The notes under the pieces were generated by a model. That model had not been told where the DNA came from. It ran no database searches and saw only the letters and a list, made by a program, of their open reading frames with translations. Source: an uncultured Chloroflexia bacterium (GTDB lineage Bacteria > Chloroflexota > Chloroflexia > Thermomicrobiales > CFX8). Taken from it: a stretch of 64,000 nt of DNA. The DNA lies in NCBI GenBank assembly GCA_963763325.1, contig CAVXOL010000024.1, positions 66,984-130,983 on the forward strand. The letters run 5' to 3'. Positions 31,405 to 43,034 of this stretch are shown one piece after another (the stretch's first letter is position 1; the number at the start of each line of letters is the position of its first letter). A program made the translations under genes and the position numbers.

Positions 31405-31881
31405 TCAGCCCCAGCCGAGCTCACGCAGCCGTTCCTCACCGATCCCGAAGTGATGCGCGACCTCATGGATCACCGTCTTGCGGACCTGCGCCACGATTTC
31501 TTCGTGCGTCGAACAGATTCCTTCGATCGGTCGCTGAAAGATCGTGATCTTGTCCGGCACAACTAACGAGTACGACGAACTGTGGCGGGCCGTCAGCGGG
31601 ATCCCTTCGTAGAGGCCGAGAAGCGTGCCGAATCGGAGACCCACGCGACGCATCTGTTGCCTGCTCGGCAGTCGCTCGACCGTTACCTCGATGTTGTTCA
31701 TCAGTTGCAACAACTCTTCGGGAAGGGTGTCCAATGCAGCGACAACTAGCTCCTCGAACTCGGTTTCCGACAGTCGCAACAATGAGAGTCCCCTCCGGTC
31801 CGCAGACAGTTGATTATACCATTTTTCGCATTCGTACGCGAAAATCAGCCTACAGCGGTGTCGGATAAAGGGGACGCGCAC
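31405..31881 (-). CDS. Small zinc metallopeptidase-family protein (HExxH)
   Basis: C-terminal VIHEVAHHFGIGEERLRELGW. The true start is probably internal. Confidence 0.6.
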   Translation of the reverse strand: MRVPFIRHRCRLIFAYECEKWYNQLSADRRGLSLLRLSETEFEELVVAALDTLPEELLQLMNNIEVTVERLPSRQQMRRVGLRFGTLLGLYEGIPLTARHSSSYSLVVPDKITIFQRPIEGICSTHEEIVAQVRKTVIHEVAHHFGIGEERLRELGWG

Positions 31882-32206
31882 CAGGTGTAGGTTGCAGCAA
31901 TCATCAAGTGATCATCCTCGTAAGCAGGAGGTGATTCTGACGTCTTCTTGGCGCAAATCATCGAACGTGCAGAGTTTCGTGAGCCAGCCGGTGGCCATCG
32001 TCTTCGTCGACATGGCGGCGATGAACTGATCCGCGAACGTGCCAACGGCGGACGCTCGTGCATGTCACGAGCCACGTTCCCAGCCAGGCAAAGAAGGGCG
32101 CAGCCAACTCCGCTGCCGTCGGCAACGGTGGCACGCCCTTCCCAGCCTGCTTGAAGATTCAGCTCGACGAAACCGACGCCGGCCGGCGTGACGGCAGCGC
32201 GAGAGA

Positions 32207-33456
32207 CTAGATGGCTCCTTCTTCGCGGGCGGCGGCTATTTCCTCATCGCCGAACCCGACCACGCTCCGTAAGATCTCGTCGGTGTGCTCACCCAACAGT
32301 GGAGAGCGTTGTACGTCGGAAGGCGAGGCGGACAATTTGACGGGGTTGCCGACCGTGAGGTACTTGCCGCGAGTCGGGTGATCGACCTCGACCACCGTGC
32401 CGGTTGCGCGCAACGACGGCTCTTCCGCCAGCTCCTTCATCGACAGGATCGGCCCGCACGGGATATTGAGCGGGTTACATAGATCCATGACCTCGAACTT
32501 GTCGAGGGTCTTCGTCCATTCCTCGATGTATCGAAGATCTGGGGGATCTTATCGAGCCGCGCGTTGGGCGTGGCATAGCTGGGATCTGTCTTTCCACTCG
32601 GGCTTGCCGATCAGATCGCAGACGTTGCCCCATACGGCTGCCTGGGTGATGAAATAGACGTATGCGTTGGGGTCTGTCTCCCAACCTTTGCATTTGACGA
32701 TCCAGCCCGGCTGACCGCCACCGGAATCGTTGCCGGCACGCGGCGTCGCCTCGCCGAACTCAATCCCTTGTCCGTACTGGCTGTATTCTGTCAGCGGGCC
32801 ATGGGCAAGACGCTGCTGGTCGCGCATCTTCACCCGACACAGATTGAGGACGGCGTCCTGCATGGCACTTCGACGCGCTGTCCCTTCCCCGTTTGCTCGC
32901 GTTGATACAGCGCCGTCACGATACCCAGCGCGAGGTGAACCCCGGTACCCGAGTCGCCGATTTGCGCGCCGGTCACCAACGGTGGTCCATCGAGGAAACC
33001 GGTTGTCGACGCCGCCCCGCCAGTGCTTTGCGCGATATTTTCATAGACTTTGCAGTCTTCATACGGGCCGGGGCCGAAACCCTTGACCGACGCGTAGATC
33101 ATGCGCGGATTGATCTCCTGGATCTTTTCCCATGGGAAGCCCATCCGGTCGATGGCGCCAGGCGCGAAGTTTTCCACCATCACATCGCACTCCTCGATGA
33201 GCCTGGAGAAGATCTTCTTGCCCGTCTCGGCCTTGGTATTCAGCGTCACACTGCGCTTGTTGTGATTCAGCATCGTGAAGTACAGGCTATCCACATCCGG
33301 AATGTCGCGAAGCTGACTCCGCGTGGCGTCGCCGACACCGGGCAGTTCGATCTTGATGACGTCCGCGCCGAACCAGGCCAGCAGTTGCGTGCAGGTCGGA
33401 CCCGATTGAACGTGAGTCATGTCAAGAATACGGACGCCCTCCAGCGCTTTTCCCAT
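32207..33456 (-). CDS. frc: Formyl-CoA:oxalate CoA-transferase (family III CoA-transferase) with about 3 frame changes (about 32870, about 32585, about 32535)
   Basis: Near-collinear with Frc/YfdW as I recall it. Shared segments: [88 protein letters not shown] and [18 protein letters not shown]. Confidence 0.85.
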
Positions 33457-33500
33457 GATTCCCTTCTCCCCTTCCCTCTCCTCGATCGAATGCCGTTCGA

Positions 33501-35234
33501 TTATCGCTTGGCCACTACACTCTGCGGATTGAGGTTGCCGATTCGCCCGCTCTCGGTCCCGGCCTTCTCGTCAATCACAGCATTCACCAGCGTCGGCTTG
33601 CCGGAATCCATGGCCGCGTTCACCGCGCGGCTCAATTCGTCGGGCGTCGTCGCGTTGACGCCGACGCCGCCGAACGCTTCCATCATCTTGTCGTAGCGGG
33701 CGCCCTTGACGAAGACGGTCGTGGCGACATCCGCGCCTCCGGACGGGTTGACGTCGGTTCCCCGATAGATTCCGCCGTTGTTGAAGACCACGACACAGAC
33801 CGGCAGGTTGTACCGGCAGATGGTTTCGATCTCCATACCGGAGAACCCGAATGCGCTATCGCCTTCGACGGCGAGCACGGGCTTGCCGGTCTCTACGGCG
33901 GCCGCGATCGCGTAACCCATGCCGACACCCATGACGCCCCAGGTGCCCACATCCAGCCGTTTGCGCGGCTGGTACATGTCGATGATGCTGCGTGCGAAAT
34001 CGAGCGTGTTGGCCCCCTCGTTGACGAGGATCGCGTCGGGCCGCTCTGCGATGACGGTGCGCAGCGCACCGAGTGCTCCATGGAAGTCCATCGGCACATT
34101 GTTGTTTTGCAGCCGGGGCGCCATGCGGGCGACGTTGGTTTCCACCTTGTCCCCTACCTCGCCGATCCATTCGGCCGGCGGCGTGCGTCCAGTTCTCTTG
34201 CATGCGCTCCAGGAGCGCCGAAACACAGGAGCCGATATCGCCCACCAGGGGAGCGGCAATCTGGACATTGCTATCCATCTCCCGGGGTTCGATGTCGATC
34301 TGCACAAACTTCTTCGGCTGACTACCCCAGGTCTTGCCTTTGCCGTGCGACAGCAGCCAGTTGAGGCGGGCCCCGATCAGCATCACCACATCGGATTCCT
34401 GCAATACCAGCGAGCGCGCCGCTGCTGCCGATTGCGGATGGGTGTCCGGCAGCAGCCCTTTGGCCATGCTCATGGGCAGGTAGGGAATGCCGCTCGTCTC
34501 CACGAGTGCGCGGATCTCGTCATCGGCCTGCGCGTAGGCCGCCCCCTTGCCGAGAATGATCAGCGGACGTTTGGCGCTCTTTGAGCACTTCGATTGCTCG
34601 ATCGACCGCCTCCGGGGCAGGCAACTGACGCGGTGCGGCATCGACAACCTTGACGAGTGAGCTGGCGCCCTTTGCCGCGTCCATGCGTCTGGCCCAGGAG
34701 CTTCGCCGGCAGATCGAGATAGACGCCGCCCGGGCGGCCGGAAACGGCAGCGCGAATGGCGCGGGCGACCCCGATGCCGATGTCTTCGGCATGCAGGACG
34801 CGGAAGGCTGCCTTGCAGAGCGGCTTCGCGATGGCCAGTTGATCCATCTCTTCATAATCGCCCTGCTGCAGATCGACGATCTCACGCTCTGACGAACCGC
34901 TGATCAGGATCATCGGGAAGCAGTTGGTCGTGGCGTGGGCCAGCGCGGTCAGGCCGTTGAGGAAACCCGGCGCCGAGACGGTCATGCAGACGCCAGGTTT
35001 CTTCGTAAGATATCCGGCAATTGCCGCGGCATAGCCCGCATTCTGCTCATGCCGGAACGAGAGAACCCGCATGCCGGCGGCCTGCATGAATCGGCCCAGA
35101 TCCGTGATCGGGATTCCGGGCACGTGATAGATGGTGTTGATGTCGTTGAGCTTGAGTGCGTCGATGACGAGGTGAAAACCGTCCGTCAGCGCGCCTGTCT
35201 CCACAGCCGTATCAGTCCGCACCCGCGTCGTCAT
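33501..35234 (-). CDS. oxc: Oxalyl-CoA decarboxylase (TPP-dependent) with about 3 frame changes (about 34700, about 34580, about 34195)
   Basis: Three overlapping ORFs (34560..35327, 33856..34647, 33501..34307) are collinear with Oxc. Segments: [57 protein letters not shown] and [25 protein letters not shown]. Confidence 0.85.
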
Positions 35235-35328
35235 CAGCACCTGTAGTCGATCATCGTATGCTGTGTGCGAGTCCAGTATCAGCGCGACGGATCGAATCCC
35301 TCTCCCCCTCTTACTCCCCTTTAGCATG

Positions 35329-36701
35329 TCAGTTCGGCCCTGCCTGTCTCGCCCATCGATACTTCGCGCCGAGGACCGCCACCGGTTTCTCGGTCGTGTA
35401 CGGATAGGCCAGGATGCGGTGCTCCATCAGATGCCGGCAGGCGTCTTCGACCTCGACGTCTCCAACCAGCGACGCCACGACCGGCTTGTTGATCCCGCGC
35501 TCGCGCGCCGCCTCGATCTCCTCGCTCAGCAGAGTTCGCGAACGTCATCGGCGGCGTGATGATCGTGTGCCAGTAGCCGAGAATCAGCGCGTGAACGCGC
35601 TCGTCGTCCAGCGCCAGGCGGATCGTCTGATCGATAGGTCGTCGGCGGTTCGCCGCCGGTGATGTCGACCGGATTGCCCGACGCGCCGAATGGCGGGATG
35701 TACTCGCGGAAGGCCGCGTCCAGATCGGGAGGCATCGCCATCAATTGCAGCCCGTTGTCGACGCACGCGTCGGACAGCAAGACGCCGGACCCCCGGCGCC
35801 GGTGATGATCAGCACGTTCTCACCGGCCGGCGTCGGCAGCATCTGCAACCCCCGGGCGAACTCCAGCATGTCGTTGAGGCTGATGCGCGCGAATGACACC
35901 GCTCTGCCGCAGGACATCGTCGTAGATCTTGTCGTTGCCGGCCAGCGCTCCGGTGTGCGACTCGGCCGCCCTCGCGCCCATCGACGTTCGGCCGGCCTTC
36001 AGCATGACGACCGGCTTCTGCTTCGACACGCGCTTGGCGACCTCGGCGAACGCCCGGCCGTCCTTCAGGTCTTCGACATGCATCGCGATCACCTGCGTGT
36101 TGTCGTCCTGCTCGAAGAACGTCAGCAGGTCGTCCTCGTCGATGTCGGCCTTGTTGCCGAGACCGACGATCGCCGAGACTCCCATCTGGTTCGAGCGGCT
36201 GAAGCCGATGATCGCCATGCCGACGCCGCCGCTCTGCGACGAGAGCGCCACCTGGCCGCTTCTGTGTACGGCGTGCAGAAGGTCGCGCAGAGGTTGCTGG
36301 GCGTGTAGTAGAAGCCGTAGATATTCGGTCCCATCAGGCGGATGTCGTGCTTGCGCGCGACCCGCAAGACCTCGTCCTGCAGCTCGACCTCGCCGATTTC
36401 GGCGAAGCCGGATGGGATCAGGACCGCGCCGGGAATCTGCTTGCTGGCCGACCTCCTCCAGCACGCCGGCCACGAACTTGGCCGGGATGCAGAAGACGGC
36501 GACATCGATCTCACCAGGCACGTCCAGGACGCTCTTGTAGCACGTCAGGCCGAGAATCTCCTCGGCCCTCGGGTGAATCGGGTAGATCTCGCCGTGGTAG
36601 CCTCCGTTGATCAGGTTCTTCATGACCGAGTTGCCGATCTTGCCGTCCTCCGGCGATGCGCCAATGACGGCGACCGCGTTCGGCTGCATGATCCGGCGCA
36701 T
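35329..36701 (-). CDS. ADP-forming acyl-CoA synthetase, CoA-binding/ligase-CoA subunit (acetate--CoA ligase family), at least 4 frame changes
   Basis: Segments: [44 protein letters not shown]. Further segments in other frames are [33 protein letters not shown] and ...[22 protein letters not shown]. Confidence 0.7.
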
Positions 36702-36707
36702 GGCCCG

Positions 36708-37470
36708 TCAGGATCTCGTCCTGAGAAGGCCGGTAGCGCGGCTCGGGACGGGCGAGAAGTTGGCGATGATCCGCGCGTCGACAGCGACGGCGCCGGACTC
36801 GCTTGCGAAGACTGGATTCAGGTCGAGTTCGTGGATTTCGGGGAAGTCGTCAACCAGTTGTGAAACGCCCTCAACGAGACTGGCCAGCGCGTCCAAATCC
36901 GCGCCTGCCTGCCCACGCACGCCGCGCAAGACCGCGCCGCCGCGCAAGTCGTCAAACATCGACGTGCGCTTCGTCGGATGCGTCACCGGCGCCAGATCTG
37001 AAGGTGACATCCCTCAACACCTCGACCAGTACACCGCCGAGGCCGACCGCCACCAGCTTGCCGAAGCTCGGATCGGTGACGGCGCCGACAATGACCTCGT
37101 GCGCCGCTGGAACCATCTGCTGGACCTGCACCCCATGCATGCGGGCTTCGGGGTGGTAGGCGCGCGCGTCGGAGATGATCGAGCTCGAACGCCTGCCGCT
37201 ACGGCGTCGTCGCTGTCCAAGCCCGATCACGACGCCGCCGGCATCGGTCTTGTGCAGGATGTCAGGTGATGCGATCTTCAGGACGACTGGATACCCGAGG
37301 TCGCCGGCAAGCGGACGGCTTCGTCGGCCGAGCGGGCCAGCCCTTCACCGGGCATCGTGATGCCGTACGCCTCGCAGACGCTGCGGGCTTCGTCGGCGCG
37401 TCAGCGCGGTGCGCCCATCATCACGTACGCGATCGAGGATCGTCCGGACCGCATTCTGGTCGTAGCTCAT
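36708..37470 (-). CDS. ADP-forming acyl-CoA synthetase, ATP-grasp subunit, at least 3 frame changes
   Basis: Segments in several frames: MSYDQNAVRTILDRVRDDGRTALT, YPVVLKIASPDILHKTDAGGV, HGVQVQQMVPAAHEVIVGAVTDPSFGKLVAVGLGGVLVEVLRDVTFR and ELDLNPVFA. Confidence 0.65.
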
Positions 37471-37677
37471 GCCGATTCCTTCCGCGCGTACTACCGGCGT
37501 GCAGTTCACTGGGTGTGGTTCGAGGGCGTTGGTTGCAAAGTTAGAGGACGTCGCGATACCTCGAAGCCCCATCCCCCGATCTAAGCCCCAGCCATCTTAG
37601 TTCAATCTGTCAAACCGCGCAATTTTCGCCATTACCGTCGTACGTCCTGAGCTGCAGCTCGGACGTGACATGACGAA

Positions 37678-39337
37678 TTACTCCGCCTCCTCGAATGCGG
37701 CTTCCAGCAGTGCGCGCCCGATTGGTTGGGCTGCCTGGGAGCCCGGGCCGCCTCGCTCGACGATGACGGAGACGACGAGTTTGCGATCCCCAGCCTCCGC
37801 GAAACCAGTGAACCAGGAGTGCGGTTCGCCTTCACCCAGTTCGGCGGTGCCGGTCTTTCCACCGACGGTCAGGCCCTCGATGGCTGCCGCCTGTGAATAG
37901 CCGTAGTCGACAGTTGCCAGCAGCAGATCCCGCACGGCGGCAGCGCTGTCGCCCGGAGATGGCGCGCCGCCACTCGTCATCATCGAAATCCTCCAGTACC
38001 TCGCCCCCTTCCCCGAGCACCCGGTCAACCACCATCGGCTCCATCATGACGCCGTCGTTCACGATCGCGGCAACGACCATCGCCATTTGCAGGGGTGAAG
38101 CCAGGATCTGGCCCTGACCAAATCCGGTGTCGGCCAGCAGAGCGCGATTGTTGAGCTCGTCCCGCGAATTGGCTACCTGCGTCGTTACGACGTCGAAGTC
38201 GAACGGTATCGACTCCCCAAACCCGAACCGCTGGGCGTAATCCCAAAGTTCCTGGCTTCCAAGCTGGAGGCCGATCTGGGCGAACACGACATTGAGTGAA
38301 TATGCGTATGATTCTTCGAGCGACCAGTTCACCTTGTTGGGGTCTGGACGGTTCAGTTCCTCAATAATCCGGCCTTCGATCTCGAAGACGCCCTCATCGC
38401 GAAAGACCGAGTCGAGCGACGCCTCGCCGGAATCGATGATCGCTGACGCAGTGACTGTCTTGAAGGTCGATCCGGGATTGTAGAGACCGTCGGTTGGCCG
38501 AAAGACGAGCGGAGCATTTGGATCAGCGTTCAGTTCGGCCCAGTATGCCTCGATTGCGGCGACTTCCTCGTCCGACTGCTGGCCGAGGTTGGCATACAGC
38601 CGGTTCGGATCAAAGACCGGTGCGCCGTACATCGACAGCATCTCGCCGGACTCGGCATCCATCAACACGACGGCCCCCGCCCGCCCGCCAAGCAGCTCGG
38701 CCGCCAGATTCTGGAGGTCGAGGTCGATCGTCAGCTCCAGATCGTAGCCGTGTCGCTGCTCGTGCAGGATTCCGTCGAGCCACTCCTCGGCCGGATTTCC
38801 GCCGTCCTGGCCGGACAGATACTCATCGTACGCAGCCTCGATATTGGTCAGCCCATACATTTCCGGCGAGTAGTAGCCGATCAGCGGCGCCGTTGACAGC
38901 TCGGGCCAGGTCCGTTCATACGTCCCGTCCTCGCGTTCGACCGTGTCGGCCAGGACACTTCCATTTCTGTCGACGATACGCCCTCGCTGCATCTCCAATG
39001 CCCGCAGCCGCTCGCGCGGGTTGCTGGCAATCTCCCCATTCGGCGCTTCTGCGACCCGTGATATCGTCCGGCTTGATTCGACAATCTGGACCCGAACGAG
39101 TTGGATGCTGACCAGCGTGAAGCAGACGAGGATGATTGCTGACCAGCGCAACAACGTTCGGTTGAATACGGGCAATGAGCGCGTTCCACGCGGCCACCAC
39201 GCGATCGCTAACAGGACTCCTGCTCCTAGCAACAGCCCCAGCCAGACCCTGTCAGCCTGGCCTTCCGTCCCACCGAATCCGTAAGCGATCACCAGCATTG
39301 CGCCGACGAACGCAGCCAACCGTAAAAACGTTCCCAT
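37678..39337 (-). CDS. mrdA: Penicillin-binding protein 2 (peptidoglycan D,D-transpeptidase) with one frame change near 37950
   Basis: STFK (NPGSTFKTVT) and SLN are in ORF 37832..39337. KTGTA is in ORF 37678..38028. Confidence 0.8.
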
Positions 39338-40638
39338 TATCGTGTCACCGTCGGATCGGAAATTCGCATCAGCAGTCCAATGATGATGAAGTTGGTCAAC
39401 AGTGAGCTGCCGCCAGCGCTCACGAAGGGTAACGTGATACCGGTTAGCGGAATCAGACGGATGGTGCCGCCGATGATGATCAATGCCTGAAGGGCAAGGA
39501 TCGTCGTCAAACCCGCCGCCAGAAATCGGCCAAATGCGTCACGAGCATTGAGCGCAATATAGAAGCCCCGAAAGACGAGTAGCAGGAACAACAACAAGAC
39601 GACCAGCGTTCCCAGCAACCCAAGCTCTTCGCCAATCGCTGCGAAGATGTAGTCACTGTGGACTTCCGAGACGAACGTCGGGTGCCCCTGCGCCAGCCCG
39701 GTTCCAAACAGCTTGCCAGTCGCCATCGCATACTCGGACTGGACCGGCTGATAGCCGGTGTCCAGCGGATCCGCCCACGGATTGAGCCAACTGGACACTC
39801 TCAGTCCGATCCGCGAGAACAGGTTGTACGCGACATAGACGCCGAGCGCGAACGTCCCCAACCCGGCGACGACATAGAGCAGCCTGCCGCTTGCGAGGTA
39901 CAGCATTGAAAGAAAGACACCGAAGAACAGTAACGCCGTGCCGAGGTCGTTCTGCAAGACGACTATCAGGAGCGAGAAGCTCCACATCAGAACCATCGGC
40001 GCCAGATACGGCAATGGCGGTAGCCGGAACGGCCCAACCTGATAATTCGAGGCGATCAGGTCCCGGTTTTCTGCCAGATACCCTGCCAGAAAGACGACCA
40101 TCGCGATTTTCGCCATCTCGGACGGTTGAACGCTGAATGGTCCGATGTTGATCCAGAGCCGAGCACCGTTGTACTCGGTCCCGATCACCATCGTCGCCAT
40201 CATCAACCCGATCGCGGCGAACGCCCAGGTGTACTTATAGCGACGCAACCAACCAAGCGACCGAACGAACGTACAGACGCCCAGCAACAGGACAAATCCC
40301 GCCGTCAGATAGATGATCTGATTGCGCGCCAGATTGCCATAAGCGGCAGCGTCGATCTCGTTCAGGTCAGGGGCAAGTCGTTGGATGACCAGTAAACCCA
40401 GGCCTGCAATGCAGACGACGATCGGAAAGAGCACCTGATCGCCTTTGAATCCGGTCGCACTGAGCCAGGCCGAGATGAAGAAGACGGCGGCCATGAAGGC
40501 CAACGACACCCAGATGTCGCGCCAATCCCACTCCAGATCCCGTGTTGACGCGAGGTAGATCGTCAGCAGCCCGACGATCGTCATCGCCGATGGCACAATC
40601 AGGAGTTGCAGTTCCGTGAAACGGATCCGTTGGAACAT
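39337..40638 (-). CDS. rodA: FtsW/RodA/SpoVE-family peptidoglycan glycosyltransferase
   Basis: Polytopic ORF. The likely start is MFQRIRFTELQLL at 40638, overlapping the mtnP stop (TAATG). Its stop overlaps the mrdA start. Confidence 0.8.
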   Translation of the reverse strand: MFQRIRFTELQLLIVPSAMTIVGLLTIYLASTRDLEWDWRDIWVSLAFMAAVFFISAWLSATGFKGDQVLFPIVVCIAGLGLLVIQRLAPDLNEIDAAAYGNLARNQIIYLTAGFVLLLGVCTFVRSLGWLRRYKYTWAFAAIGLMMATMVIGTEYNGARLWINIGPFSVQPSEMAKIAMVVFLAGYLAENRDLIASNYQVGPFRLPPLPYLAPMVLMWSFSLLIVVLQNDLGTALLFFGVFLSMLYLASGRLLYVVAGLGTFALGVYVAYNLFSRIGLRVSSWLNPWADPLDTGYQPVQSEYAMATGKLFGTGLAQGHPTFVSEVHSDYIFAAIGEELGLLGTLVVLLLFLLLVFRGFYIALNARDAFGRFLAAGLTTILALQALIIIGGTIRLIPLTGITLPFVSAGGSSLLTNFIIIGLLMRISDPTVTR

Positions 40639-41522
40639 TAGATAGCGTTTCCGGGTCCAAGATACCGTCCGGCAATCGGTTCCAGTCGCTCGCGGGTCGC
40701 CTCGTCCACCGCTCCCGAGCTGGTTGCGATCGCGTTCGCAAGCGCGTTGCCGCAGCCCGAGCGGCACTCAGGCAGCGGTTCAACTGCCAGTGCCGTCACA
40801 ATCGACTGAACCGCGTCGGTCATCGCGTGCAGGTTCGCGAGGACGGCGTCGACCGTGACTGGACCGTCCTGCTCGTGCCAGACGTCGTAGTCAGTGACCA
40901 TCGCCAGACAGGCGTAGCAAAGCTCGCCCTCCCGCGCCAGTCGGGCTTCTGGCATCGCTGTCATCCCGATGACGCTCGCGCCCCACGAACGGAAGAGAGC
41001 CGACTCGGCGCGGGTCGAGAATTGCGGCCCTTCGATGGCAATATATGTCCCGCCCGCGTTGACCGGCAATTCTCCAACGGAAGCGACCCCGGCCAAAAAG
41101 GCCGATAGGTCAGGACAGAACGGATCGGCTATCGAGACATGCGCCACAATGCCCCGCTCGAAGAACGATCGCTGCCGGCCAACGGTTCGGTCGATCGTCC
41201 CGTCCGGAATGACAAAGGATCTCGGTGGATAGTCTTCTCGCAAGCTACCGACAGCACTGATCGATACCAGCCGGCTAACGCCCAGCATCTTCATCGCACA
41301 CACGTTGGCCGCATATGGAACATCGGTCGGTGACAACCGGTGCCCTGCTCCGTGGCGGCTCAGGAACGCGATCGGTTGGCCCCCGATCTCGCCGACGCGA
41401 ATCGGCTCTGAAGGCTTGCCCCACGGTGTATCGATCTCCACGATTTCGACATCGGTCAGCGAACCAAGGCCGTAGAGACCGCTGCCGCCAATGATGCCGA
41501 GTGCTGGTCGCCGCTGACGCAT
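40638..41522 (-). CDS. mtnP: S-methyl-5'-thioadenosine phosphorylase
   Basis: 294-aa ORF. Motifs: LGIIGGSGLY, FLSRHGAGHRLSP and GMTAMPEARLAREGELCYA. Confidence 0.85.
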   Translation of the reverse strand: MRQRRPALGIIGGSGLYGLGSLTDVEIVEIDTPWGKPSEPIRVGEIGGQPIAFLSRHGAGHRLSPTDVPYAANVCAMKMLGVSRLVSISAVGSLREDYPPRSFVIPDGTIDRTVGRQRSFFERGIVAHVSIADPFCPDLSAFLAGVASVGELPVNAGGTYIAIEGPQFSTRAESALFRSWGASVIGMTAMPEARLAREGELCYACLAMVTDYDVWHEQDGPVTVDAVLANLHAMTDAVQSIVTALAVEPLPECRSGCGNALANAIATSSGAVDEATRERLEPIAGRYLGPGNAI

Positions 41523-41578
41523 CGCCTACTCCCATCCATCCGCGAAGTGTACCCGAGCCTCCATCGCCCGCCCTCCAT

Positions 41579-41587
41579 TGGTACAAT
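41579..41587 (+). promoter_or_regulatory. Candidate extended -10 element (TGGTACAAT) for the 41655 gene
   Basis: Has the same TGnTAnAnT form as the elements at 127-135 and 26181-26189. Confidence 0.3.
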
Positions 41588-41654
41588 CGCCGATCATGCA
41601 AGTCGTTTCGGTTCGCCGCGCCCCGACGCAACCAGATAGGCCGCGAGGTACCGC

Positions 41655-43034
41655 GTGATCCCCTCCTTCGATCCGGCCTTGTGGCGGCGCGCAAGTTGGA
41701 CTGTTCTGTCGCTCGCGATGGTTGCGTTCATCTGCCTCGGGCTGGCTGAGCAAGGCTCACGCGGCGGCGGACTGCTGGCACCCCCAGATGCACCACTCCC
41801 GTTCGAACGACATCGAATGTTCGGACTCGACCTGAGCGGCATGTCGTCGTTGCAGGCGTTGGACTGGTTGAATGCTGCCGGGAATCCATCGTTGGCACTC
41901 ATGGTCGTTCCTGTCGACGCCGATGTCGTTCTTTCCCTGTCACAGGAGGAGCAGCGAGAGACGGGGCTCAACGCAATTGACACGCTTCGGCAGGCAGCCG
42001 GAGGCTCGCCGCTGGCCGTCTGTCTTCGAAGGCCTCCGGATATCGTCGGCGGCCTCGGCATCGCGCAAGCTGCTGTCGGCGCGATTCGGTCCAGATTCCC
42101 CGAACAGATCATTTATGCAACTGCGTGCGACCCAGATGAGCATCCTGGTTGGCACGACGACATCGACGAGGCCGCCCGTCCCGATGCCGAGATCCGGTCG
42201 ACGAACAATTCGCTTATCCCACTCGCGAGTAGCAGTGTCGTCGTCGTCGAACGGTTGGATGGTCCCAACGATCTCACCGTTGATGAGTTCCGCCTTCGCT
42301 CACCTGGCCGCTACGCGATGTTCGAGCTGGAAGTGTTCGAGCCAGTCAGCAGTGGCCTGGTCGAGGATGCCGCCCGAGCAATGGCCGGAACATCGCATTC
42401 GGCGCTCATCCTGCTGTCTCCCGCTGGTTCTGTCGATCCGAGTGCCTTGGCCAGCTCGATTGGCTCTGTCGTTCTGGCCGGCGATGTGTTGCCGGAGGGT
42501 TTTTCCAGTGTCGGTGCCCCTGCGATTGCTGCGAACGACCAGTGGCAGCAGTCGAACGTCGGGACCGTGAACTACCTCCGCGCGTCGATGTCCACGGCAG
42601 CAATTGCCGCTGACTTTGTTGGCACGGATGTCTATCTGCTTGGCATCGAATCGCCAGATAGTGGCCTCGTCCAGGTCTGGATCGACCCGGAGTCGCCAAC
42701 TGCGCCACCAACCGTCGTACTCGACCTCGCTAGTCTGCAGGCGCGAGACGCAGCAATTCCAATTGCGAACGGGCTGCCCGCCGCTCGCCACGAAATCGTC
42801 GTCCAGGCAGTCGTCAACGACGGCCAGAGCGTCACCATTTCCGGCCTGTTCGTGACTGGCAAGCCAGCGACCGCCTGGACCGGGACAATGGCAGTCGCCG
42901 TTGTACTACTCGCGGGCGTCATCGCGCTTGTCGAGCGCTGTTACACGGCCATAACCGCCATTCGCCGCAGGTCTGGACCGCCTCGACGCCTGCCGAGACC
43001 AGGACACCCTCGTGTCTTCGCTCGCGACCGCTGA
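41655..43034 (+). CDS. Hypothetical protein with N- and C-terminal membrane anchors
   Basis: 459-aa ORF with a GTG start and hydrophobic segments at both ends. I recognise no family. Confidence 0.5.
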   Translation: MIPSFDPALWRRASWTVLSLAMVAFICLGLAEQGSRGGGLLAPPDAPLPFERHRMFGLDLSGMSSLQALDWLNAAGNPSLALMVVPVDADVVLSLSQEEQRETGLNAIDTLRQAAGGSPLAVCLRRPPDIVGGLGIAQAAVGAIRSRFPEQIIYATACDPDEHPGWHDDIDEAARPDAEIRSTNNSLIPLASSSVVVVERLDGPNDLTVDEFRLRSPGRYAMFELEVFEPVSSGLVEDAARAMAGTSHSALILLSPAGSVDPSALASSIGSVVLAGDVLPEGFSSVGAPAIAANDQWQQSNVGTVNYLRASMSTAAIAADFVGTDVYLLGIESPDSGLVQVWIDPESPTAPPTVVLDLASLQARDAAIPIANGLPAARHEIVVQAVVNDGQSVTISGLFVTGKPATAWTGTMAVAVVLLAGVIALVERCYTAITAIRRRSGPPRRLPRPGHPRVFARDR

